A stretch of 64,000 nt of DNA from Octopus vulgaris (taxonomy: Eukaryota), in the NCBI GenBank assembly GCA_951406725.2, contig OX597816.1, positions 178,622,001 through 178,686,000 on the forward strand. Reading direction: 5' to 3'. Below the pieces are notes generated by a model. It saw nothing but the letters and a program-made list of their open reading frames with translations, made no database searches and was not told the DNA's origin. Made by a program: the position numbers and the translations under genes. Positions 1-13,270 of this stretch are shown here, piece by piece (positions within the stretch are counted from its first letter, which is position 1; the number at the start of each line of letters is the position of its first letter).

Positions 1-274
1 TTCTAAAAGCTTTCTGAAAGTTTTTTTTTTTTTATTTGGTGTATTGATGGTAAGTGTGTAGTGATAATGAGAAGTGGTTGGTCAGCAGAGTATTTTGGAT
101 TTGGTTGTAGTAAATAGATGTGAGAAGCTGAAGGTGATGCCAGGTGAAAGTTATTGAAGTGCTCCTGGGAACGTATGTGAGTATGTTGGTCTCATATTTT
201 TAGTATTTTAAAATGAATTTATGATTATGATGTGAAATCGTGCGTTGAAAAAGGTATTGTTTCATTTGATGATG

Positions 275-566
275 GTCATATTTTTGCCAATTAGCCACAC
301 ACACTATATTATTCTTCACTTCAGCTTTATTATTATTCTTATTTTAGTGTCCTTTGTCTGAAATCTTTCATCAAATATACTGTGACCACTTTGGTGACAA
401 CTCCACTTGGACTAAACAGAATAGGAAGAGAATGTGAGATGGAGAGTCCCTGAAGAGAGGTTACAGGATGTTTGACAAAAAATTTCAAAGGACACTAAAA
501 TAAGAATAATAATAAAGCTGAAATGAAGACTAAGCAGTGTGTGTGGTTAATTGGCAAAAATATGAC
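275..566. repeat. Degenerate inverted repeat (~110-bp arms), Penelope pLTR-like
   Basis: GTCATATTTTTGCCAATT...TAGTGTCCTTTG versus CAAAGGACACTA...AATTGGCAAAAATATGAC; GTCC-CTGAAGA at 446-456. Confidence 0.8.
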
Positions 567-3075
567 TATTGTTGTGATGTTATTGTGCAACCTCTTGTAG
601 TTTCAGTATTGTTTTGAGAAGACATTGTTGGGTTGCAATTATCTTTTGAAGTGTTTTGTTTTATGCAGAACCTTCCCTTTTAGATTTTAACAATGCTTCA
701 TGCTTAACTCAACATTTAACACGGGTCTTCTCAAATGATGTGTCATAGATTATTAAATATATACAATCAAAGGTTTTAGAAAATCCATTTTTATGTTATA
801 GAAAATAAATATTAATCTTTCAGAAAATCCATATTAATGCACACTCATAATTTTGTCATTCACATACAAGTATAATTAATGAAATACAGTAAGTAATGGA
901 TTTGTACATTTTACCTAATTTTTAACTTAACATAGTTTTTTTCAAATTTGTATATAAAGTTCTGCAGTGAATATTTTTTTATTTAGTTTTCTAGTGTACC
1001 ATGAAACCAAAAAGATTGTGAGCCATTGGCTCATCATATTTAATTTTTACAGTAGTTTTTAGTAATGAATGTTTATCACCAGGCCAGTTTCCTAACCACA
1101 ACAACGATTGAATTAATTAGCGTGTCCAGCCATTACTAAGACCATAGGGTGAAATTTGAGGGATATTTTGGTTGCTTTTTCTTGTTGGTCAAATGACAAT
1201 GTAAAGGCTTTTATTGTTGATTCGGGTTTCTGTTTCTGTGTCAGTTCCAGATAATTCTAATTTTAACTTGTTTGTTCCATGGGATAGTCATTAATTGCAC
1301 TTATTACGAGATTTAATTAACCATCAAATTAGCAATTAATGTCTGTTAAAATAATATCCTGCATTATCTAATTAACCTATGCAGCCAAATATAAGTTGAT
1401 AAGTTGTGTTCAGTCATTAATAGATTCCAAGTATTTTATGCTCCTTGCCTCTTTGACACTAATCCAGAGTGAGTCATATCCTACTAAGGAAGATAAATAA
1501 CAAAGAATTCAAAGGCAGTGGTAACACTAAATCTAACCTCTTCTTGCATAAGCTTTCATTTTCATCACCTCTTTTCTCAATCTTAGCCCTGTCTCTGAGA
1601 GTGAGGATGTTAACATTCACTTCTTTTAGAACCACTGCAATGAAGCAATTTGTTCATCTATGGAACCATAGGCTCGAATCTGATCCTTGCCTTGGAAAAT
1701 TGAACAAAAGTATTCTGAGGTTGTTTCAAATTTATTCACCTGCCATAATGAAACCTTGCTTTGCTGTGGCAAAGGACATTTGTCCTGTTTTTAACAAAAG
1801 TTACCAGTATGACAGAATCGCCAAATTAGCCAAACATTTGGCTTCAACCATTTTGGGTCAGTCTGTGAGGTCTCTATATTCTTCAAAATCATTCATTTGT
1901 TTCTTGCTTCATATTTCTGCTCTATTGCTTCATATTCTGCAGTACGTTTATGATGACCACTGTGATCTTCATTTGAAATAAAATGCCAACAGTGTGTTGA
2001 ATAATGTTAGAAAGTGGCTCCACAGATTTGTTCTATTACTACTTTCATCAGTGGCTCATAGTTTTGTTTCAGTTGTAGATGTTAACAAACTTGGCATTGT
2101 AAAATAGTTTGATGACTTTTGACATTTAGAAATTTCATCAAATTACTTTTACCTTGAGTTTGTATTTATGGTATGCACTAAAATACTTTCATAAACTCAT
2201 TGCGATTCCTTTTTGATCTTCAACCTTTGTGAAATATGAAGGAAAATCCTTAGCCACATCAAGTCAGCCCTTGATTATGCTGGGGGGTTTAGAGGGAAAC
2301 ATGTGCAGAATCCATTATTCAAGTTTCCAAGTATCAGATTCAAATGTATGGAACACAAGTGTTCACTAACAGAATAAAAACCTCAAAGAAAATGCTCATT
2401 ATGTTATTGCCACAAAGCTAATTGTGTTACAGTTATTGGCTTGTAAGAACGTTCTCAATAAATTTTGAATCATCTACGAAATAGTGGCCATCTATTAATT
2501 CTCAAGACAGCAGTAAAAGAGTGGATGACAACTAAAATGTTTGAGCGCAACCTAAATTGATGCAACATGTTTTATATGTGAATGTCCAGGATGTGGGTTA
2601 CTTTTACTATTCCTCTGTGTTTTGTTAGCTACACTCATAGAGCAGGTGTTTACAAGAAGAGATGCCAAGGGCTATTTAAAAGACAACAATATGAATAATA
2701 ATTTCTAAAATAGGAACAAGACTATAAAGTTTGAATAATTCTGCAGGAGATTCCATTAATCTCAACTACTTAACTGGCAAGTTTTATTGGTCATCGGAAT
2801 AACAAAGGACAATATTGACTGTAGAAACATGTGAATTCAAAATGTAAAAGGAACGTAAATGAATATTGCAAGGAGTTTTATTTGGTACTATTCCAATTCC
2901 ATTGATTAGTCTGAACCATCACAGGGTGATGGAAGACAAATTTGATTTTTATCTTGGCTTAAACTACAGAAGGTCAGAGTGAGGGAAAGTTAAATGCCTT
3001 AAGGCATAGGTTTGGCATTGTTGTCATTTCTGTCTACCTGTGTCCTTTGAAAAGCCTTCTGCACACATGTGCACA

Positions 3076-3176
3076 TACACACACACACACACACACAGAC
3101 ACACACACACACACACACACACAGACACAGACACACACACAGACACACACACAGACACACACACACACACACACAG

Positions 3177-3208
<32 letters not shown>
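3076..3208. repeat. (CA)n microsatellite
   Basis: Seen directly in the sequence. Confidence 0.98.
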
Positions 3209-3209
<1 letters not shown>

Positions 3210-3469
3210 ATTTCAAGCTGAAAAATGCAATATCCATGCATGTACCCACATATGTATATTTGCATGGGATACATGGATGCAGAGATGGCCAATGGGTTAC
3301 AAAGTCCATTTTGCAATCGAGCAGTCTCAGGCTTGATCTAAAGCAGAGCAACCCAAGTGCTTATCTGACCCCACAGCCTCAAGTAATCATATTGTGGACC
3401 ATTCTCAGAGACTTCAAAGAGTACTTAACATATAAATGACTTTATTCATAGCAATATTTTTATGACACA

Positions 3470-3866
3470 CTAGCAGTATCGCCCGGCGTTGCTCGGGTTT
3501 GTTAGGGAAATAACTATATAAGCATTTTTAGAGATGTAAAGTATAATAGCCATCTCAATATGGCTAACCACAAAGGGGGGGGTGTTACTGTAGCTTTTTA
3601 CGTTCTGAGATTTAATAATAAATTTTTAGAGAGTTACTTCCCTTATATATGCCAAAAATGCATTAAAAATGGGAAAAATTGATGGTAAATTTTTTTTAAA
3701 ATCGTAGACTCATCATAGATGCGCACTAATACCCAGAAGGGCTCGATATGAATCACGACTATAAGATACCCGGTTTGGGTTAAACTGCACTGCAAAATGT
3801 GGGAGTAGTTAGGAATCTAAATCGTAGGAGACAGACAGCACACAACCTCACTTTTATATATAAAGA
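3470..3866 (-). mobile_element. Non-autonomous Helitron
   Basis: 5' TC and 3' CTAG ends, inserted between A and T with no TSD; GC hairpin CCCG-AGCAACGC-CGGG ~10 nt from the 3' end. Confidence 0.85.
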
Positions 3867-4049
3867 TTTGTGACACTTAAGACTTGACAAGGACACATGT
3901 TATCCTCATTGGAGAAAGTGTGAAAAGGAAGGGAATATGTTACATTACTGTTTAATTCATCCACAAGGTAGCAGAATTGGTAGTGCAAAGAAAAGAATGT
4001 CATATTTAGTTACATCTCTTAATTTTCTGTGCTCAAACTTTGCCTTTAA

Positions 4050-4268
4050 CCCTTTAGTATTTAAACTGGCCATATCCGGCCAAAATAGCTAATCTGTTTT
4101 ATGTTCAAACTGACCAGATCCAGGCTCTCACACCTACCCTACAATGTTATTCTACATTAAGTAATTACACCATCAAGATCTTGAAGATATGAGATAATGC
4201 ATGATTAATTCAAATCAATGGGAATCAATAGGCATTATGTTTGATGGAATAATCTGAACACTAAAGGG
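4050..4268. mobile_element. piggyBac-type MITE
   Basis: TTAA|CCCTTTAG...CTAAAGGG|TTAA. Confidence 0.85.
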
Positions 4269-4545
4269 TTAAGGTCTATAAAATAATCACCAAACATGAA
4301 CTGAAAAATTCATTTGACAACATCTTCACAAAAACTTTGTGTTAGAAATCATTAACTGTGTCTAAAGCATTTCCATGTGTTTGTTGTAAATATCCATGTA
4401 TATTTTCAGACTTTTAGTTAGCCTTTATTTCATATGTTCTGATTAATATAAAGCTTTCTTTTCAAAAGGCCTAAATGACTCTGATGGTTGAAAGAAATTG
4501 CAAATGTGTGTCATATATGATGCATGGGCTCCAGAGAAATATACC

Positions 4546-4781
4546 TATTTCTTTACTACCCACAAGGGGCTAAACACAGAGGGGACAAACAAGGACAGAC
4601 ATAGGTATTAAGTCGATTACATCGACCCCCAGTGCGTAACTGGTACTTAATTTATTGACCCTGAAAGGATGAAAGGCAAAGTCGACCTTGGCGGAATTCA
4701 AACTCACAACGTAACGCAGACGAAATACCGCTAAGCATTTCACCCGGCGTGCTAACGTTTCTGCCAGCTCGCCACCTTTCA
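4546..4781 (-). mobile_element. tRNA-derived SINE (Meta-domain-like) with 15-bp TSD
   Basis: TSD CCAGAGAAATATACC (4531-45, 4782-96); A/B-box-like head; GCCTTTCATCCTTTC..GGTC..TAAATTAAGTACC core. Relatives at ~48645-48790, 49770-49945 and 57340-57600. Confidence 0.85.
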
Positions 4782-4908
4782 CCAGAGAAATATACCATCT
4801 GTACCACATGTGATGCATAGGAGAGACAATGGATTAAGAGGATGAAATTTACTCAAATGAATAAAGAGAATATGTAAACTGAGCATCAAATATCTAATGT
4901 GTACATAC

Positions 4909-5024
4909 CTCATTGAAATAGACTGTTCTCTTCTCAAACTTATTTTTTGGTAAACTGCTGCTTTTAATTGTAATGGTATCAATTTCCTGGTCTACTGTAT
5001 AGTTTGCTTCCATCAAAGTGATCC
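4909..5024 (-). CDS. PLA2G4A: cPLA2-like gene, 116-nt C2 exon (GITLMEANYTVDQEIDTITIKSSSLPKNKFEKRTVYFNE); the gene probably continues beyond the window start
   Basis: ctttcag acceptor and GTATGT donor. Matches ITLMDANYVMDETLG...FIFNQ of cPLA2-alpha; phase 1 to 0. Confidence 0.94.
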
Positions 5025-5104
5025 CTGAAAGAGCCAAAGAGGACAATAATGTAAGAACAAGGATTAAAAAGAAATGCTTTGTGACTACAGTTTATTTTTT
5101 GTCT

Positions 5105-5334
5105 TACTTTTTGCTTGTTTCAGTCATTGGACTATGGCCATGCTGGAGCACTGCCCGGATGGGTTTTAGTTGAACAAATTGCATCCAGTATTGTTCTTCT
5201 TCCTTTAATCTGGTAACTATTCTATGGGCTTCTTTTGCCAAAGTGTTAAGTTACAAGGACCTTAACAAACTAGCAGCAGTTGTCAAGCAGTGAGATCACA
5301 CACACATGCACACATGTATGCACGTGCACATATG

Positions 5335-5368
<34 letters not shown>

Positions 5369-5537
5369 ACACACGTGTAGTAGGTTTGCACAGTTTCTGT
5401 CAATGAAATTTGCTCACAAGGTATTTGCCCAATGAAACTTACTCAGAAGACATTTGCCCAAAGTGCTGTGCAGTGAGACTGAACCCAAAACCTTGTAGTT
5501 GCAAAGCAAGTTTCTTCACCACACAGCCAAGCCTGTT
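5105..5537 (-). mobile_element. CORE-like SINE, diverged copy
   Basis: Same family on the minus strand, ~80 bp from an exon acceptor. Confidence 0.8.
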
Positions 5538-6562
5538 TATAATCTAATAAGATATGTGAGTTTGATTAAATTGAAAATGAGATTTTTAAGTGATTGAAAT
5601 TGCCTAAAGTTTATTTTTCTCCCCTTACACTTCTTGTAACTTCAATTTTCCCTCTCACCACCACCACCACCACCACCACCACCACCACCACCTAAAATAC
5701 ATTGTCAGCAGGCCCAGGTTATTAATTCATTCTTTTCATGCAGTAGGCTTGGTAGGTAACTGTTAGTTTATGAAAACTATTGGATGTTCAAATAATGCTT
5801 GGTCCTATATCTCAGGCTATCTTTAAACGGTTACACTGTGTATCATGACTTTTGTCCTTGGGTAGCAACTGTTATTTTCTATTTGCTTACTCCTAGAAAG
5901 TATGAAAAATGGCAAATATTTCCTTCAAACTTTGCTTTTATTACAGTTATTCAAACCCCAAAGAATCCCTCTCAACACATGGCTATGATGCTCCTGCACT
6001 ACTTCTGCTCATGATCAGAGATGCACATATTGTCAGCCACTAAGAGAAATGCTCAAGTGATTACAGTCAAGCAACTGACAAGCAAATCTTTGGTATTGAG
6101 CAGAATATTTACTATAACAATATTTCTGCTTCTGTAACTCAACACTGAATCTGTCTGAGATGTAATGGAAAATAGGTCAGTTTCAAAACAGGTCATAAAA
6201 ACAAAGTCTGAAGGGAACGGTAGTCATTTCCTTTGATTTCTAAATAGAAGCAAATAGGAAATAACATTTACTGACCAAAGACAAAAAAATAATAAAAATT
6301 TTGTTACACAGTGTTATCTGATAGAAGACTAAGTATTTATTGTCTAAATATTATTTGACAAAATGAATGTTCCCTGATTGAAAAATCTACTAAAATGATA
6401 AGCAGTGTGTTTGCATCTGATTTTCATCGACATACGACATACGGACAAGTCATTTAGTCAGCTGAGCTGTGATACTTTTACTGTCTCCATATTTCAAGGA
6501 AATACAAACATATTGTTTAGATGACTGAATATTAAATTGAAATGTATCCAAAATGTTTTGGA

Positions 6563-6564
<2 letters not shown>

Positions 6565-6653
<89 letters not shown>

Positions 6654-6687
6654 GAGGGAGAGAGAGGGAGAGAGAGAGAGAGAGAGA
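6565..6687. repeat. (GA)n microsatellite
   Basis: Seen directly in the sequence. Confidence 0.98.
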
Positions 6688-7009
6688 CTGATGCCTGAGG
6701 ATGCAACAAGTGGCTTCTGTCCCACAGAGAATGGTTCTGGTTACTTTTAGGTATCCTACCCCTTCATACACACACACACACACACACACACATACACACA
6801 CACATACACACACAGCATACGAGGGAGTACCCAAAAGTAAATGGAAACATTCTCTGCAGAGTGGTTGGTAGGAAGGGCATTCAGCTGTAGAAACTATGCC
6901 AAAACTGATACAGAATCTGGTGAAAGCTCTTGCCTGGCCGGACGTTAAATGATGATGATGATGATGATGAAAATATATATATATATATATATATACATTC
7001 TTTTATTTT

Positions 7010-10000
7010 TTTACTTTTTTATTTGCTTCAGTCATTTGAATGTGGCCATGCTGAAGCACCGCCTTTAGTCGAACAATTCAACCCCAAGACTAGTACATAT
7101 TCTATCGGTTCTCTTTTGTTGACCTGTTAAGTTATGGGAATGTAAACACACCAACATCGGTTGTCAAGCATTGATTGGGGGACAAACACAGACACACAAA
7201 CATATACATATATATATCGGTCTTTCTGTCGCTTAAATTCCTTACCCCATCGTTCCCAGTGTGCGGTGGATCCTGCCCTCCCTCCCCCCCCACCTGTACC
7301 GGAAGTCCTTATCTCATCTTGTCTTCCTTTGCTTTTCTTCCATGAACACCTAAAGGCCTTAAGCCAATACCACCCCTACTATATAAGGTGGTGACCATAC
7401 GGCGCAAAACCTGATAGTGTGTTGTAGCAGGTTGAACTTAAGATCATTGCTTTGCTTATGAATTCTGCCAAATGCGAGCTTTCTTTTCAGGTACATGACG
7501 CCACTGTTCCCTGTCCCTGGGCCTCTAGGGCCCATACCTTCCACACCCTCAGGGTTGGCACCCTCAACGTTGGCACACTGAAAGGTAGGTCTGGTGAGAT
7601 AGTCGAGATGCTTGAACGGAGATGTGTTGATGTATGTTGCATGCAAGAAATAAGGTGGAGAGGAGGATCTGCTAGGTTCCTCACAGGCAAGGAACACAGG
7701 TACAAGATTTTCTGGGCTGGGAACACTGACGGGGTTGGTGGTGTGGGTATACTTATCGCTGTGAAATGGGTAGATAAAGTAATTGAGGTAATCAGAGTAA
7801 GTGACAGAATACTTAAGATTAGAATAGTGCTTCATCATAGATTAGCAACCATTATATCGGCCTATGCCCCTCAGCCAGGGCTACCCGATGGACAGAAAGA
7901 CAGTTTCTATGACACCTTACTGAAGACCACCTCATTGACGAACGACAGGGACCTTCTCTTTGTGGCTGGTGACTTCAATGGGCATGTTGGACAACATGCT
8001 GGGGGCTTCCATGGCGTACATGGAGGCTACGGTTATGGTTCCCACAACGAGGAGGGAACCAGGCTGCTGGAGTTCTGCGATGCGAATAGTCTTATGGTTT
8101 GCAACACTAACTTCAGGAAACCGACAAGCCACCTGGTCACCTACCGATCGGGCCGGCATACTAGCCAAATCGACTACATCCTTGCCAGAAAAAGGGAAAG
8201 ATGGCTGCTTATAAATGCCAAAACCTTCCCAGGCAAAGAATGCACCCCACAACATAGACTGGTAGTTAGTGACTTTAGGATCAGGACTAAGAGGGCGACT
8301 AGAAGACGACCAACATGGAGAAGAAGGGTCTGGAAGCTTAAAGACCCTGCGAATAGACAGAGATTTAGAGACATGTTACTTGAAGTCTTTGACGAAATGG
8401 AAGGGGGTATAGCTACACATGGGGTAGAAGACAACTGGACGCTTCTGAGGGACAACCTGCTGAAAGCCACTGACCAGATCTGTGGCTGGTGCAAAGTCCC
8501 CTTAAGACCCAAAATAACGTGGTGGTGACAATATTGTTGACAGGGCTATTAGACAAAAGAAACAGGCTTGGAAGGACTGGAAGAATGGTGGTAGCAGGGA
8601 AGTGTATCAGACTGCCAGAAGGGAAGCTAGGAGACAGGTCTATCTAGCCAGAGGGGAAGCAGATAAGAAAAAATTTGCCAATGTTCTGCGCCGTGAGGAT
8701 GAAAGACTTGAGGTATTTCGTGTTGCAAGACAGTGTGTGAGAGAGAATCGTGATGTGGTAGGAGAGAAATGTGTTCGCAAGGATGACAGTTCACTTGCGC
8801 TAAATGAGGATGCAAAGAGAGAGGCTTGGAGACGCCACTATGAAAGGCTGCTGAATGAGGAAAATGAATGGGATAAAGAGAGTCTGCCGAATGTCGACCC
8901 AACAGAGGGACCAGCAATCCGAGTTAACAGTTCCTTAGTAGTTAAGGCAATTACAAGCATGAAAACAGGGAAAGCCCCTGGCCCATCAGGAATTACTGCA
9001 GAGATGCTCAAAATATCTGGTAGTGTCGGCTATAGCCTAGTCACCCGTATAGTTAACCAGGTGATACACAAAGGAGTCATACCCAATGACTGGTGTAGCA
9101 GCATAATAGTCAACTGCTACAAAGGTGAAGGTGACGCCCTAGATACAAATAACTAGAGGGGTATCAAGCTGCTGGATCAGGTAATGAAGGTTACGGAGAG
9201 GGTTATAGCCCAATTAATTAGAGAGAGAGTTAGCTTAGATGAGTTGCAGTTTGGGTTCGTGCCAGGGAAAAGTACTATTGATGCTATATTCCTGGTAAGA
9301 CAGCTGCAGGAGAAATACCTAGCCAAAGATAAGCCCCTGTACCTGGCTTTTGTTGACATGGAGAAAGCCTTTGACAGGGTCCCCCGATCCCTTATCTGGT
9401 GGTCAATGAGGAAACTAGGGATAGATGAATGGTTAGTGAGAGCTGTGCAAGCCATGTACAGAGACGCTGCTAGTAAGGTGAGGGTTGGCAACAAGTACAG
9501 TGAAGAATTCTGGGTAGAGGTTGGGGTCCACCAAGGTTCAGTCCTCAGTCCCCTCCTATTTATCATAGTCCTCCAGGCAATAACGGAGGAATTCAAGACA
9601 GGATGCCCTTGGGAGCTTCTCTATGCTGATGACCTTACTCTAATTGCTGAGTCACTATCAGAACTGGAGGAGAAGTTTCAGGTGTGGAAGCAAGGGTTAG
9701 AATCGAAGGGCCTTATAATCAGCCTAGCCAAAACCAAAGTCCTAATAAGTAGGAAGGTGGACCAATCACAAACGACTTCAGGTAGATGGCCCCGCTCGAT
9801 CTGTAAAAAAGGTGTAGGCAAAAACTCTATAAGGTGCACCAAGTGTAAGCTATGGACACATAAGAGGTGCAGCGATTGTGGCCGTTGCCAGCGCCGCCCC
9901 GACTGGCCTCCGTGCCGATGGCATGTAAAAGCACCATCCGTTCATGTCCGTTGCCAGCCTCGACTGGCCCCCGTGCCAGTGGCACGTAAAAAGCACCATC

Positions 10001-10280
10001 TGTTCGTGGCCGTTGCCAGCGCTGCCCCGACTGGCCTCCGTGCCGGTGGCACATAAAAGCACCATCCGTTCGTGACCATAAAAGCACCATCCATTCGTGG
10101 CACATAAAAGCACCATCTGCCTGGCCCCCGTGCCGGTGGCACGTAAAAGCACCCACTACACTCGCGGAGTGGTTGGCGTTAGGAAGGGCATCCAGCCCTA
10201 GAAACACTGCCAGATCAGACTGGGCCTGATGCAGCCTTCTGGCTTCACAGACCCATGCTAGCATGGAAAGCGGTCGCTAA

Positions 10281-10333
<53 letters not shown>

Positions 10334-10505
10334 ATATTTATATATGATGGGCTTCTTTCAGTTTTCATGTACCAAATCCATTAGCAAGGCTTTGGTTGGC
10401 CCAAGGCTAGAGTAGAAGACACTTGCCCAAGGTACAACATAGTGAGACTGAACCCAGAACCATGTGGTTGGTTAGCAAGCTACTTACCACACAGCCACTC
10501 CTGCA
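7010..10505 (-). mobile_element. CORE-like SINE split by the RTE insertion (7010-7217 and 10332-10505)
   Basis: The two halves rejoin at the internal (TA)n tract. Confidence 0.85.
7218..10331 (+). mobile_element. RTE-clade LINE, 5' region apparently complete, with internal 3' deletion; nested in a SINE's (TA)n tract
   Basis: APE endonuclease (GTLNV, MQE, YAP, GDFNGH, IDY, QH), RT (FVDMEKAFD, GVHQGSVLSP, YADD), then a Cys/His finger. Frameshift at ~8527, stop at 9154, jump to 3' UTR at ~9873, ~60-bp tandem repeats and a (GAT)n tail. Confidence 0.95.
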
Positions 10506-10511
10506 GATATA

Positions 10512-10542
<31 letters not shown>

Positions 10543-11424
10543 TGTCACACCCCATTTATCAACAACTATTATTTTGTTCTATAATCTTTCTCCAGTATAA
10601 ATTCATACATTTCTGTTGTAACTAATTTCTTTTTCAGTCAATTTCTTTTGGGGCTGGTTACATTCTTGATAATCCATGATGTGAAATATACTTTTTACCT
10701 ATGAAAAAATACTCCCACATATTAGCGAATCTCATTAGAGTCTCTTTCTTTTAAGTTACACTGCATGCACTATATTCGCAATTACAGAAGTTTTGATGTA
10801 TACATATATATGATGAATGTCATTCAATTTCTGTCTATCATATCCACTCACAAGGCTTTGATTGACGAGAAGCCACAGTAGAAGACACTTGCCCAAGGTA
10901 CCACACAATGGGACTGAACCAGGAACCATGTAGCTGGAAAGCAAATTTCTTAACACAGCCATGCTTAAAAAAAATAGCTGCAGAATTTCCCTCAAATTAC
11001 ACTTTTACTGCCTTAAAAAAGAGTAGATTGGATTTTGTAGTTCTAAGCACACGCTGTCAGGTAAAAGAGTTTTGGACTGGTCAGAACTACATCTTAGATC
11101 ATTAGCTTGTTTGATTAGTGTTGAGCTGGAACTTTGCAATAACAACAACAGCCAACTCTCCTTCAAATCACACCCAGTCATCTTATAAATGTCAAATGTA
11201 GCTCTACATATACAAAAAAGATTGGATGGTGATAAGTAGAATGCCTTTTATTAAAGATGGTACAATCAAAGATGACTAGCTGTTAAGCAAAGGGGACAAC
11301 ATACACTCGTATCTATACTCCGGTGATTACATGTAAGCCTGAACATGTAATGGTCAGAAGAAACAGTGAGTTTGTCTACTTCAGCAAAGAAACAGCAATA
11401 GATATAAACAAATACATTACTTAC

Positions 11425-11571
11425 CGAGATTGAAGCTGACATGTGGATCATGTAGAAAAAGAAAGGATTCATTCCAAACTGGGTTTGTGTTATTGTCTAT
11501 AGTACTGGTGCATTTCCGTCCTGCTGGAGCAGTTTTTATCGTTAAAACAACATATGGATCAGGTGTGTCAA
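11425..11571 (-). CDS. PLA2G4A: cPLA2-like gene, 147-nt C2 exon ([49 protein letters not shown])
   Basis: tttcag acceptor and GTAAGT donor. DTPDPYV and NPVWNE-F-F are the C2 motifs of cPLA2-alpha ([42 protein letters not shown]). Confidence 0.96.
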
Positions 11572-11624
11572 CTGAAATAAAATATATAAAAGATAAATAG
11601 ATAAATAAAAATGCTGCATCAACA

Positions 11625-11842
11625 AGAATATGATATTTTAGAGTTCGAGACTTTGAAGTACGATGTCCTTAATTATGATGACTTACACAATGACGTTTAA
11701 AACTGTGATGTTTTGACAACTGATACGTTTTAGATATTGCATAACAATGATTTTTTTTTCTTTTAACAAAAACTGTGATGTCTTAAGCTATGATGTCTTA
11801 AGCTATGATGTCTTACACTATGCTTTCTTAAACTGCAATATC
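11625..11842. repeat. Degenerate 15-bp minisatellite
   Basis: Unit approximately TGATGTCTTAAGCTA, ~50 bp upstream of an exon acceptor. Confidence 0.75.
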
Positions 11843-13270
11843 AAAAAAGTTCTATATTCCTCTTTATTTCCTTTATCACTGTTTTATTCAATTTCCGCTA
11901 ATAGAAAGTTGCAGTCGTTAAGCTGAATGCATCATTGATCAGAATATAATTAAAACTTCATATTTTGTGTTTCCATATACTCTCTGTATCTGTCTCCTTA
12001 TTTGCTGTTTGTATTTAGATGTCATGTTTGTGTATGCGTGCACACATGCATGTATGTACAGACAGACACACACACACACATTCATTCATTCTTTCTTTCA
12101 GATTTCATGAAAAGAAATGCGTCTCACTAGTCAGGAGGTTCATTTACTGACAGCATCCTCTGTGGTGGTGATAATGAAGGATGGACATACAGTTAGTCTA
12201 TGGTATTTGCAGAGATGCTTGGCTATGGAGTAGATGTGGTTGCCCTTGTCAGGCATGTCTTCCTACATCATGCCTCTTTGACAGAATTGCAGTCATGAAT
12301 CATGTTAAGACCAAGACTGGGAGTTTGGTATTTTGAATGCTGTCTAGCGGTCAGTTCTTGAACAGTTGGTCAATGAGGTTGACAGCACGATAATCCTTGC
12401 TTTCTGTACAAGATTAGTCGTGGATAAAAGCAACAACATTTTTGGGGAAACTCTAGACTAGTCAGGGGAAACTTGTGGTCCATGGAAGTCATTGAGTGGT
12501 ACAACTTTGTAGTGTGGCCTACCTAATGATAAGCCATGTCTCAAGCAGCTCACTTATCGAAAAAGGTTGTTCATGCCCACTCTAGATGTCGATGAAGATC
12601 AGTCGAATAGTCTGAGCTGGAAGATTGTCATCACCATAGGCAATCCAGAAGAATCGCTGGTTTGAGCTAAATTCTACAGGCATGGAAGGCTGTCAGTGGA
12701 CTAAGTCTGAGATAAAAATAAAATGATGAAACCTTTTCTGTGTCCGGGAATTACAGACTCCTGGAGTTGTGTCCAGCAGGTTTTGTTGTATGTAAAATAT
12801 GGTTAACAGCCGAGTCCATCATCCATTTGTTGGGTGAATATGGTGAAAGAGATCATATGATGGACAAGACTGCAAGGAGTGAAGGTAAACATTTCCCTCT
12901 TAGTCTAATTTTTTATCAACTTGTGCAACTAAGAATTTGGAAGTTTTGAGTGGGTAAAGAGGGAGTTGCTATCCTCTAGTAATTTTGCTCAAGTAGGGAC
13001 AATCATAGTAATTTCACTCAAGTAGGCAGAAGGGATGGATAATCCACAATACGAAGGATTGCTATTTACTTGACTCTAGGAGTCTGTTTTCCTTTGGGGT
13101 TGTTTCATTTTTCTTTTATACTGTTGCTTTATATGCTGGTTTTCACATACTGATTCTAAATACATCCCCATCCATGTAACGTTTCCTTATCTCTCACTTT
13201 TGTGGAAAATAAAAGAAATCATCATTATCATCATCGCTATTATTATTATTATTATTATTATTATTGTTAC

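Noticed and set aside
1469-1981. 170-aa plus-strand ORF
   Set aside because: GTG start, no recognisable motif, antisense within an intron; possibly decayed transposon DNA but I cannot assign it.
1-4908. Next cPLA2 exon (expected ~38 nt)
   Set aside because: I found no convincing candidate by eye; it probably lies outside the window or was missed.
12110-12950. GC-richer segment resembling an old LINE
   Set aside because: No motif that I could confirm.
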